From NCBI GenBank assembly GCA_905178155.1, contig CAJINV010000010.1, positions 3,492,587-3,556,586 of the forward strand: 64,000 nucleotides of DNA, given 5' to 3'. Position 1 is the first letter of the stretch; every line of letters begins with the position of its first letter. Positions 1 through 11,400 of the stretch are shown here, piece after piece. The notes beneath the pieces were generated by a model. It did no database searches. It was given only the letters and a program-made list of their open reading frames with translations, and had not been told where the DNA came from. The DNA is from Amoebophrya sp. A120. Its lineage: Eukaryota; Protista; Dinoflagellata. A program made the translations under genes and the position numbers.

Positions 1-3000
1 CCGCGCGAAGCTGACCCGGCTGTCTGCGTGGTTCAATTCCGCCTCTTCTAGCATCTTCTCCAGCTTTTTGATCTGCAGCTGATACCTCTCTTGCAACTTC
101 TTCATCTCTTGTCGGGCTTCCTCCTTGACCTGCTATCAAAATGAAAAATCCCCCCTCCCCATATCAGAACGAAAATCTGTAATGCAGATTTGTGATCACA
201 AATCAGCTTTGTCATGCTAGAAGGGAAAAAATATATGCGAACTGTAGTGCTGGGTGGCGTGGAAAGCAGGCCTTGCATCTTCAGCATGACAAGAGGCAGC
301 TGGACGTGGGAAACAGCATGACAAATTGCCTGTAAACGAGGCCACGACTGCGCCTATATGCCTTCTAGCAATACAAGTCGACTTGTGTACTCAAAAACAG
401 CATCACAAAATTCGTTTTCGATACGGGAAGGGGGACTTTTTCCTCACAATACCTGCTTCTCGAAATTTTTTTCCCGCAGTTCCCGCGCCGACCCGGTGGT
501 CGGCGGACTCTGCTGCCGTGCGGTCTTTATGCATTGCAAATATGTCTGGGTCTGGGAGATTGGGAGATGACTTGTCATGCAGGTTTTCCCCTGGCGTGCA
601 GGACATAGCATAACGTCTGGCGTGCAGGACATAGCATGACAGATTCTGTGAGATCTTTCTCAAACCTAGCCCGCATCCGAAACTTCCTCGCTAGGTGGTC
701 AAAAGTGGACCACAACTTTTGGTACTAACCATGCAACACAGATTTTTTTTTTTCACAGTCCAGCCTTAGCATGACAAGTTACAACCTTCCAAACCACCCA
801 GACATATTTGCATTTTATAGTCTTTCCGTCTTTCACCTCCAAGGCCTGCAGCTTCTGGTTCATCAGGATCAGATCGTTCCCGAGCGACCAATTCTTGTGC
901 TTCAGATCCGCGTTCACTCGTTCCAGGGAATCCCGGCTGTGGGCCGTAGTTTTTAATTCCTTCTCCAATTTTTCCTGTGCGAACTTCAACTCTTGCAGCT
1001 TTTCCTTGTACTTCTGTTCGACCGAGTCCTTCCACGACTTATCTTTCATTAAATTATGCAAGAAAAAAACTGTGTGAGTGTAACTTTGTCTTGCAGATGT
1101 TGCGCTACAGTTACACTTGTTATGCTGGATATGCTTTAGAAGCTATTTTGATACTTACGTGTTTAGTTTTCGCGTACTAGCGACGCATGACAGGTTTTCT
1201 CTGTCACGCAAAACAAATCTGTCATGCTGTTCCTGCCAAAAAGTTACACTTACACACTTTTTTTCTTGCGATACAAATCGCCCGCCCCCCAGTACGCCAG
1301 CTCCTCCTTGCACTGCCGAATGGTCTGCAGGGCCACCTGGATGTCCCGCAGCATCTGCTCGTGAGACGTTCCTTTCGTCAAGCTCGTGACGCTGGTGCTG
1401 GGAGACAGCAACGCCGCGGATATGACAGTGCACAACTCCCCCTCCCCCTCATTTGTGTAGCATGAACGGCACTGCAAGCCACAGCCAGAATGCACGTTTT
1501 GCATCACAAATTTGCATAGGATTGTAGTGCTCTTTGGGCTGCCAGAACTTGTCATGCAAACGCTGCTCAGAGGCACGGACTGCATTGGGCATTTTGCATG
1601 ACAAATGAGGGGGAGGGGGAGTTGTGCACATTCATAGCGGAGTTGCCGGACTGAAAAGACGTCGTGGACAATTTCGACCCCAGCCTCTTATATCAAATGC
1701 AAATATGTCTGGGTCTGAAATAAACTTGTGATGCTGGGTGGCGAGTCCTGAGGACGCCACAAGTGATGGCTCAGCATGCCAAGTTTCTGACTTGCTAGGT
1801 GTTGCGTATTGTGCATGACAGACCGCGTTTCGGCATGACAGAACAGTGGGGCTCTTGGGTACTAACGAGCATGACAGACTTTGGAGTCATGCTAGCAGAG
1901 CATGACAGATCTTCCATTCTTCCAGACCCAGACCTTTTTGCAATCCATATCGCAGGGGACAACGATCCCCCACCCGTCGCCGTCCTTGGGTGCTGCTGAA
2001 ACACGCCCCCTTCCGGGCTAAAGACCCCCTTATCGTAAGGAAAAATCCCCCCTCCCCATATCGAAAAGGAACGCCTCAGAAAATTTGCGATGCTGATTTG
2101 TGACCACAAATCGCGTCTGTCTTGCAAGAAAGCAACGGCATGGGCTCCGCCTCATTATGCAGGCGGTTTGTAATGCTGTTGGTCCTACAGCATAGGCGTT
2201 CCCCATGCTAAGTGCCTAGGCCAAAACCTCTGCACACAGGCATGGTATGGGCCTGCAGTCCCCTACTGCAAGACAAATCTGATTTGTGCACGCAAATCCA
2301 GCATCAGAAATTTCCTTTTGATATGGGGTGGGGGCTTTTTTCACTTTGATACCCCTGGGAAGGCGACCACCTGGACCTGCTCGATGGGCTTCTCGTAGCA
2401 GGAGACCTTCCCTGCGAGGGGGAGAAGGGCCGCGTGCGCGAGGACGATGGATCCCGGACGTAGGTAGCCCGGGTTCCACGCCCTGTAGTTCTCCGGTCCA
2501 GACTTTGGCTGTACCGGCTGGCTACGGTTGCAGAAGAATTGTTCTTTGGGCTAGAATTCCTTGTACCCGCCCGTCGACTGAAATCCGCGCCCGCACTGTT
2601 CCCCGTTTCGCCCAGTGGGATCTTGTGCCCGAACACCAGCTCGGAGCTATCACTCGCCAGCTGCCGGACTTGCTGTCGCACCGTTTTCAACTGCGTCCCG
2701 AGCACCGTGAATTTCGCCCGCAGCATATTGCGCTCGTGCTCCGCGGACGTTTTGCCCCTCTGGTCCTCGAGGGCCCGGAAGTCCTTCTCCAACCGGTCCG
2801 CCCGCCGCTGCTGCGTACCCAGTTGTTCCTGCAGAATGGCGATGCGACGCTCGTATTTCCCCGTCAATTCCGCCCGCATCACGATTTCCGAAGGAGATTC
2901 GTGCATAATTTTCGAAGCGGATGCCATACTGTGCGGACTGGAGCGTCGGGACAGTTTTTTCTCCCGGGTGTCAAGTGTAAAAATGTCTGGGTCTGGAATG

Positions 3001-4708
3001 TGTCCGGGTTTGTCATGCATATTTTGCATGACCCAGGATGTCTGTAATGCATGACCTAGCATCGCAGATTTTTAGAGAGCTTCCTGATGCCTAATCCGCA
3101 TGACAAATGCCCTCCAAGCGTAGCAAAAACTAGACTACTCTTGCTGGTCATGCAATACAGATTTTTTTGGAGTCCGAAGTTAGCATCACAAGTTCCAACC
3201 TCCCAGACCCAGACATTTTTGCATTTGATACCGGGTATCGTCGAACAAAAATTGCTCGAAATCTTCCTCGATGTTTTCATCATTCTCACCCTTGTATCTT
3301 GGTCTTCTTTCACTTGCTCCAAGAACTACCCCAGCACCAGCTGGCGCACCATCATGATCAGGATCGTCTTCACTATTAACGTCATCGTCATAAAACTCGT
3401 TTTCCTGCCCGAAGGAGCTGTGCAGTCGTTTCGTGGTGCTTGCTTTCTGCTGCTGATTTCCTTTCGTGTTATTTGTTCCTGCAGTCATTTTTGCGCTGAA
3501 AAGTAGTTTTTCTTGCTGCATCACCTCCGCAATATCCCCGCTCTGCAGCTCCTCTAGCTTTTTCCTCTTGGACACGTTATTTTCTCGGTCCTCTTCCGGG
3601 TTTAATATCTTCTTCGCGTGGACCGGGCTGTCTTCGTCTTCTTCCAGAATGACCGCGCCAGACGCCCTATCCAAGGAAAAAAGTGTTTATACATTTGTAG
3701 TGAGTGCAGCATCACAAACTTGCCTTGCATGACAGAGTAGAAAACTTGCAATGCAGAGATCATATTAAGCGAAAACACGTATGAGGTGGGGCTCGAAAGC
3801 GTTCTGTGCATGACAGAGCTTGTCTCTGCTGCGTGGAATGCAACACAATGTGGAACTGTAACACTTTTATCTTTGGATACGCCCGGTAGTTCACCGTTCT
3901 CCTTTCGCTGGGCGAGGGGGAGTTCGTGATCTTCTCGGTGGGAGGTCGGTTCTTATTGCCGTTCAACACTTTATTTTTACTAGTGCGACGCTCCTCGATA
4001 AGATTTGCCGGACTCATCGTTCCGGCTGACGACTTGGACCCGACCCGACTTTGCCTCTCCCTCGCGCTTTGCGACTGCAGCCGGACCCCGGGGACGTCGT
4101 ACAGCGCTTCCAGTTCCTTGACCCGTCTCTGCATCGCCTGGGCCTCTATGCATTGCAAATATGTCTGGGTCTGGAAACTTGTGATGCTGGGTGGCGTATC
4201 ATGAGGAGGCCATAAGTGCTGGCTCAGCATGACAAGTTTTTGACCTTCTAGGTGTTGCCTCTTCTGCATGACAAACTGCGTTTCTGCATGACAGAATGGT
4301 GGGGCTCTTGGGTAACGAGCATGACAGATTTAAGAGTCATACCAGATCGAAGCATGACAAACATGCATTCTTCCAGACCCAAACATTTTTGCATGTGATA
4401 GCCTCTGAAACTTTGCCCGCGTTGTCCAGTTGTAGCGCCTTCTTGTCGTGCTTCAACACCCGGTTTTCGGCCTTCAAAATCGCATTGGTGGTCTTTAACC
4501 TCGTGATTTCCTCGCTCACGTCCAGATAAAACGAATCGCGAGGTGGATAGTTGGCTGCTGCACCATCATCGTCAGCAGCTGGTGTGGTTGTAGTACCAGC
4601 TGCGTCACCAAGCTGCTTGTGTTGGTCCTCATACAACGGACCACTTCTACTTCTCGCACGACCACCTGCGGTGGCGGATTTTCTATCCTTTTTTGCCTCC
4701 AAAGACAT
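1..4708 (-). CDS. Coiled-coil/low-complexity hypothetical protein, 3' part (runs off window start); 9 introner introns
   Basis: Removing each TIR element plus one 5-bp TSD joins ORF pieces in frame (..GKVSEA|QAMQRRVKEL..VNYRA|SGAVILEEDED..FDDTR|EKKLSRRS..). Either continuous with 5435-13149 or a separate gene from ATG 4708. Confidence 0.75.
134..451. mobile_element. Introner family B (TIR core GAAAAATCCCCCCTCCCCATAT)
   Basis: TAT..ATA TIR; TSD cctgc; this TSD happens to allow GT-AG. Confidence 0.9.
528..819. mobile_element. Introner family A (TIR core TGYAAAWATGTCTGGGTCTGGAA)
   Basis: TIR; TSD gtctt; internal 26-bp tandem duplication at 591-637. Confidence 0.9.
1055..1273. mobile_element. 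Introner family E (TIR core AAAAAAASTGTGT.AGTGTAAC)
   Basis: TIR; TSD taaat/caaat. Confidence 0.85.
1421..1636. mobile_element. Introner family D (TIR core GTGCACAACTCCCCCTCCCCCTCATTTGT)
   Basis: TIR; TSD gcgga. Confidence 0.9.
1691..1949. mobile_element. Introner family A
   Basis: TIR; degenerate TSD tctta/tcgca; frame restored on removal. Confidence 0.8.
2031..2351. mobile_element. Introner family B
   Basis: TIR; TSD cccct. Confidence 0.9.
2969..3230. mobile_element. Introner family A
   Basis: TIR (left end TGT); TSD ccggg. Confidence 0.9.
3668..3879. mobile_element. Introner family E
   Basis: TIR; TSD cgccc. Confidence 0.9.
4147..4400. mobile_element. Introner family A
   Basis: TIR; TSD gcctc. 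Confidence 0.9.
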
Positions 4709-4880
4709 CAACTACAGAAAACATCTGCAGCGTACCACCCAGAATAAAGTGTTCCGCCATGGTTGTATGGGGCGCGGATTAATATCGCGCACCAGGCCAT
4801 GCTGCAGAGCCCTACTTCTCCCGACGGAAAACTAAAGGGCTAAGAGCGAAGTTCGCGCCCGCCATGCCGCGCGAAGGGTG

Positions 4881-4938
4881 AAATGGGACTGGGCATAACA
4901 AGTCACGACACAGTACCTTGAGCCAAAAGCCTCCCACT
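4881..4938 (-). ncRNA. Second, divergent SL RNA gene-like unit (degenerate)
   Basis: Minus strand reads AGTGGGAGGCTTTTGGCTCAAG|GTACTG; imperfect inverted copy of the plus-strand unit including upstream region (arms about 4867-4983 and 5048-5165); Sm site A>C. Confidence 0.6.
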
Positions 4939-5093
4939 GCAACACACTTGACATCGATTTCATAATCCACAAGTCTCAATAAGCGACGCTTCAGGTTGAC
5001 ATCAATGCTCTGAATGCCGAAAACCTGTCGCGCCAGATCTGCACACACTTAATTGAGACTTGTGGACTAAAAGATCAATGTGTCAAAGCTTGC

Positions 5094-5151
5094 GATGTCG
5101 GCATTTTGGCTCAAGGTACAATGGCGTGAGTTGCTACGCCCAATCCCTTTT
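5094..5151 (+). ncRNA. Spliced-leader (DinoSL) RNA gene-like unit
   Basis: GATGTCGGCATTTTGGCTCAAG (18/22 to DCCGTAGCCATTTTGGCTCAAG, intact ATTTTGG Sm site), then GTAC donor, GGCGT..ACGCC hairpin and TTTT; about 56 nt, like dinoflagellate SL RNAs. Confidence 0.75.
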
Positions 5152-5434
5152 CACCCCTCACGCGGATTGACAACCACAGCGACGCACCCAGGGGCCGCCC
5201 GCGTGGAGGACACGCATGCAGAAATTTTTGGCCCCCTAGGTACCACCGGATAAGTGCTTCTCTGTTCCCTCAGCACGAGCGGCTTTATCCAGCATTTTAC
5301 TTCTCCATGTGATGCCGCTTTTTCGCCTTGTTTCGCGCCCTAGTTTTTCTGTTTGTGATTTTTCAAACCGAACCAACTGCCACGACCTACTTGCGGCCGC
5401 GCTTTGCCCTTTGGTTTTTGCGCTGGAACCCGCG

Positions 5435-8400
5435 TCAAAAAGTAGAATTGTGACCCCGTGCGTAAATTGAAGTACTTCTCGCACGACCACCTGCGGTGGC
5501 GGATTTTCTATCCAGGTACGGGTTGTCATCATCATTCAAAGAACGTGCCTGCTCCTCCTGCTCGTGGCTCGTTTTACTCGTCTCCCCCGTTTTGCTTCGT
5601 GCCTTCTTCAACGCCTTCAAAATGGCCTCTCGTTCTTCCCGCATAGCAGCTTCCATCGCCTCTAGTAACGCTTGCTGCCGTTCCTCCGCCAGCTCCTGGA
5701 TATTCACCGGCGAAGTCGTCCCTGACATAGGATCAATACGGTTCGGAAGACCGACGTTGTCTTCTAACTCCTTACACTTCCGCCGCCACTCGCTGGCCTG
5801 CACCCACGACCGGTTGATTTGCTCGTGCAGTCTCGCGATCTCTTTCGTGACCGCCTGTTCCAAATCAAATGCAAAAGTGTCTGAGTCTGGAAGATTCTGA
5901 GACTTGTCATGCACATTTTGCATGAGCCATGATGTCTGTGATGCATGCCCTAGCGTCACAGGTTTCCTGAGGGGTTCTTGATGTCTATTCCGCATGACAA
6001 ATGCCCTCTCCGCGTGGCAAAAATTAGAATCCTTTTGCTGCTCATGCAACACAAATTTTTTAGACATCCAAATGCAGCATCACAAGTTGCATTCTTCCAG
6101 ACCCAGACACTTTTGCATTTCATATTCCAAATCCGAGATCCAAAACCGGTCCGGCGCCAACTGCTCCTTGTTGATGCTGGTCCCGCTCTATTGTGCGGAA
6201 AAATCCCACCTCCCAATATGGAAGCAGCATGCCTCTGAAAATTTGTGATGCTGATTTAAAGCCACATCTTGTGTTTGTCTTGCAAGAAGGCAAATCCAGA
6301 TCCAGAGAGCCCGCCGCATTATGCAGGCTGCTTGTGATGCTTTTAAACCCATAGGGCAGACGTCTGTCAACATGCTAAAAAGCGCCTACCCCAGAACACC
6401 CCCGCCCGGGCTTTGCAACTGCCTGCAGTCCCGTGCTGCAAGACAAAGCTGATTTGTGTACACAAATCCCGGATCAGAGACTTCCATTTTGATATTGGGA
6501 GGGGCGGGGATTTTGCATTGTGATACGTTCTGGTCATTTTCCAGAACCTCGTCCTTTTTCGTTTGCAGCAACTTATCCAAGATCGGGCTGCCGGTCGTGG
6601 CCGCCTGGCCGGGGAGCCGCCGGTACGGGCTGTTCGGGGACAACTGTTTTTGCTCGATGGACCTCACTTTCTTGATGAGCCCCGCGTTCTGTTCCCGCAG
6701 GATGCGGAGTTGGTTTTCGTAGTTTCGCTTGAAAAGCCCCAATTGTTTCTCCTTCTCCAGCAATTCCCCTTATCAAATGTAAAAATGTCTGGGTCTGGAA
6801 AAATGCAGAGGTTTGTGATGCAGCTTTGGCATGACCCAGAAGGTCTACCATGCACGCCCTAGCATGAAAGGTTTTGAGAAGGTCTCCTAATGCGTCATCC
6901 GCATGACAAAGCCCTTCTTTCGGTGGCCGGAAATGTGCACCTTTTGGCTTACATGCATGACAGATTTTTGTGTGATGTGAAATGCGCATCACAAGTTGCA
7001 TCTTTCCAGACCCAGACATTTTTACATTTGATACCCCTTGCAGGTCCTCGATTTCCTTCTCGAATTTGTATGGGAGTGCACAACTCCCCCTCGTTTGTAT
7101 TGCTATTGCATGAACAGCAATACAAGCGTCAGCAGGAATACAGGTTTTGCATGACAAATTTGTACACGAGTGTCGGGCTATTTGCGCTGCCAGAACTTGT
7201 CATGCTGGGAAACTAAGGGCAGGGCGTCCCTTTGTAAATTACGTCGACAAACTCTTAACCGCGTACCCGGTAAACTCCAAAACAGAAATTTTGAACAGCG
7301 TGATTTCTACCAGAACTTGTCATGCAAACAGTGCCAAGAGGCAATGGGTGAGTTTGGTATTTTGCATGACAAATGAGGGGGAGAGGGAGTTGCGCACTCT
7401 CATAATTTGAAATTCGGATTCAGATTCTTCTTGGAAATCCTGGTGTTCGCTGGACCTGCTGCTCCGGGTGAAGTAGTAGTTGACGTTGCAAATGCGTTGT
7501 TTATTTCATCCTCGTCGTAGTTGAACGGGCCGGTGCTGTCTATCCAAGGAAAAAACTGTGTTAGTGTCACTCTCCCTGGCTGACAGCATCACAAATTTGC
7601 TCTACACAACAGAGACAACCTGTCATGCGTGGCTTGCAAGGGAAAACACACCTGAAAAGAGGACTTCATGGTTGTCTGGCATGACAGGTGTAGCTCTGTT
7701 GCATGTTCTGCATTACAGAGTTACACCTACACAGTTTTTTTCTTGCATATTGTCGTTCTGCTGATTATTATTCCCCGTCACCACCGCTTTTGCCAGGGCT
7801 TGCTGGAAAAAGCTCTCCTGCTTTTTCAGCTCCCGGTAATGTTCCTGCGTTTCCTTGCGTATTGTCTGTTCTAATTGTTCTATCCCACGAAAAAAGTGTT
7901 ACAGTTACACACTTGTAGGCAATTCAGCAACACAAATGTCCCTGCATGAGAGAGAAAACTTGTAATGCAGAAATCCTACGGGGGGAAAACACCTATGAAG
8001 CGAGGCTCCTGTGCATATCCGGCATGACAGAGCTTGTCTGTCTTGCTTGGCCTGCATAGACTATGTGTGTAACCGTAACACTTTTTTCTTGCAATATGTT
8101 CGACTTTTCCCGCCGAAATGTTCCCAAACAGGCGGTGTTGGTGCGCGAGGCAGGATTGCAGAAAATTCTTCCATATGGATTGCAAATATGTCTGGGTCTG
8201 AAACATTGTGAGACTTGTCATGCATGTTTTTTTTTTTCATTGGGCCCCACTCTGTGTCTTCGCATGTAAATTCATCACTAATTTAGGAGGCCGGTGTGCG
8301 TTACTTAACATGTGATGCAGTTCTACGAATTCACCTGCCTGCCGCAGCAGGATGATCAGGGCCGACACCTTTCACACAGTTAAGCATGTTTTGCTTGTCA

Positions 8401-11400
8401 TGCATGTTTTGCATGACCCAGGACGTCTGTAAGGCACGCCTAGCATCACAGATTTTTAGAGGGCTTCCTGATGCCTACTCCGCATGACAAACGCCCTCCC
8501 CGCGTAGCACAAACTAGACTCCTCTTGCTGGTGGTCATGCAATACAGATTTTTTTAGAGTCCAAAGTTAGCATCACAAGTTCCAACCTTCCAGACGCAGA
8601 CATTTTTGCATTTGATATTCCACGCGCCTAACTGCATCAGCTTGAGGATCAAGGTCGGGTCCTGGCCGACGATGACTAGCTGCTTCAAGCGGTGGATGGT
8701 CACAACTCCCTCATTCTCTACTTCCACGACGGAATTTTCCTTATCTGCCCCGCGCCGTTGCATCTCCTTCACTTTCGCAAACAAAGAGAGAGAACGCTCT
8801 GCAGAAGCTGCACTGTGGTCCAAACCCGACTGGTTCAAGCCACGACTTCCAGAAAGCGCCTCGCTGTAGCGGTCGAGGACTTTGTCTATTTGGTCTGAGG
8901 ACGCTACTGGTGCTGCTGCTCTCGAAGAGGACCACGACGACGTAGCTGACATTGTAAAAAGCTCGGAGGAGAGTTCGGTGAAGGCGGAGAGAGGAACTCC
9001 AGACCCGGTTGTGCTGCTAGGTTCTGCGGCTTTGTTGCTGCCGAACTTCCTTTCCAATTTCTCCAGCACACTGTCCACCAACTGCTCCGGTATCTCCGTG
9101 TAGTCCAAGCTAGCTAATAACGGCACATCCAGCTTCACATTGAAGGCCCCGGCTGGGCCCTGCTCGGCTTTCTTCAACAGGGAGGACTCACAGAGCCCCA
9201 CCAGCGTCAGCACGTCTTCCAGCGGTTCGCAAGTGGTATGGCTTGCTGATGCAGCTATTGCGTTATCAGAGGATGATGTTGAAAAGAACCCTTTTTCATC
9301 TACTCCGAAAGAATTTAAATTCTCCACCCGTCTGCTACTTCTCGCCGCGGGGCTGTTCCCGCGGCCGGCTAACAGCCAGTCTTCCAACTCTCGGTCAACG
9401 GTGATCGGTCGCAGTTCCTCTTGGTGCAGGGCTAGCTGCGCCCGCGCATTCACGTTGATGCCCCGCTCGATCAGGCTTTGGGGAACGAGAGCGGGGGCAT
9501 TTGGCCCGTTATAATTTTTGCCGTAGTTCTCGGTGCTGCTTTTCAGAAGATTCGTGTGCTCCTCCAGCAGCTCGGCAAATTTCTCCTTCAGATAAAAAAA
9601 CTTCTCCTCGTAGGTTGGCGTTCTACTTGCAGAATCTTCTCCACTTATCCCAGCACCTCCGGGTGGCGGTCCTGGAAAGAACGCTTTCTTCAGAAACGGC
9701 ATCGTCGGGGCCGACGCAGGATTGTGCACGAAACCTGTTCCTCCGAACTGCTCCCTGTTTGATATTATCGCGTGGTTGTTCGAAGATCCTAGCAGAAAGG
9801 ATCTTTCCAACTCCCGCTCCGCCTGCTCCAGTTTCGATTCCAGCACCTCCACGTTGTCCAGCCGGTCTTGAATCGCGTCCAGTTGCTCGTCCTTAAACTG
9901 AATCTCGTCCTTCAAACTGCTTAAAACCTCCAGCAGATCCTGCTCCCGCTTCTCCGCGTCTACCAGGCGGCGCTCAGTTTCGCGAATCTAAAGATCAGTT
10001 TTTTACTTGAAACGCATTCAACACTCTTTGTCATGCTGAATCACTATCACAATCATGGTCCTATCCTATAGACACGAGATGACCGCACTGCTCGCATGGT
10101 ATGACCATGAGGACAAAAAAATCATCTGTCATGTCATGTAACTACAGCAAAGAAGTAACAGATACCTTATCCCCCTCAGCTCGCAGCTGTTTCTGGTGCA
10201 GTTCCACCATGAGACCCGATTTTTTCTCAAACTGCCGCAGCGCGTTCCTGACCACGGCCCCGGCGGACTCTTCGATAGCAAGCAACCGGTCATAGAAAAT
10301 TCTCGGCAGGTCTTCCCTCGCGATACGCAAGTCTAGTCCCAGTTTCTGCAGGGATTGCTCGACCGACGCGGGGATTTGCAGCACCTCTCCATTCGCGAGT
10401 TGCACGGCCTGGTTCTTCTCGAGAAGAGCCGTGCCGTCGATGTGCTCTTCCAGACCACCGTCATCTACTTCGTCCTCCAGGTACACCAAAACTCCCTTGT
10501 TCTCCACGGCTTCTATATCAAAATGAAAAATCCCCCCACCCCATATTCAAACTAGAAATTTGTGATGCAAATTTGTGGTCGCAAATCAGCTTTATCATGC
10601 TAGAAGGGAAAAGATTCGGACTGTAGTGCTGGTTGGCGTGGGAAAGCCTTGCCTCTTCAGCATGACAGGGGGCAGCTGGAAGTCGGAAACAGCATGACAA
10701 ATTGCCTGCAAACGAGGCGAAAGCTGCGTCTCTTGGCATTCTAGCATTACAAGTCGATTTGTGTACTCGAATACAGCATCACAAATTTCGTTTTCGATCT
10801 GGGGAGGGGGGATTTTTCCTTTTGATATTCTACCTCCTGCAACCGCTCGGCCCTCATCTCCTGCTCTGCCTCGTTAGCGAGCTTCCGCAAATCCACCACT
10901 TCGAAATGCTGGCTAATGTTGTCACAACGAGCAGGGTAAAAATCATTATTAAACCCGGGGTTGTAGACAGGAGGTCGTGAGGCAGCTCCTCGTCGTGTAC
11001 TTTTGTGGAAAGCTGCCGCTGGATGATCCTCGATCTTGCTGTTAGTCAGAAGCAAGTTGTTCCTGTTCATCATACTTTTTTCCGCGGTTGTAGATGACAT
11101 CGTCCCTGGTAGTACTGTGCCACTTCCGTGGCCTACGCCACTGTTCAGAATCGCCAACCCTGGATTTTTCAGAATCGTTGTGTCCTTTGACGACGTTTTT
11201 GTCCCGGCGGAGTTGTAAACCTGTCTGTGGCCCCCCTCCCGCGCACCAGCAGCAGGAGAAGTAGGAAAAGTCTTCTTGCTCGGACTGCTTGTGGTCTATT
11301 GTGAGGAAAAATGCCCCCACCGCAGAACTTGGGAGCATTTGTATTGCAACCCCTTCCCATGGAAGCGCTCGCTCTCTTGCATGTATCAGCATCACAGATC

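Larger units (their letters stand above)
4648..5513. repeat. 41-bp perfect direct repeat (4648-4688 / 5473-5513) flanking 784 bp of foreign DNA
   Basis: tacttctcgcacgaccacctgcggtggcggattttctatcc occurs twice, 825 bp apart; encodes DRKSATAGGRARS twice. Confidence 0.95.

Noticed and set aside
4867-5165. miRNA precursor or MITE interpretation of the long hairpin
   Set aside because: Better explained by two divergent SL-like units; no short TSD at the arm ends.
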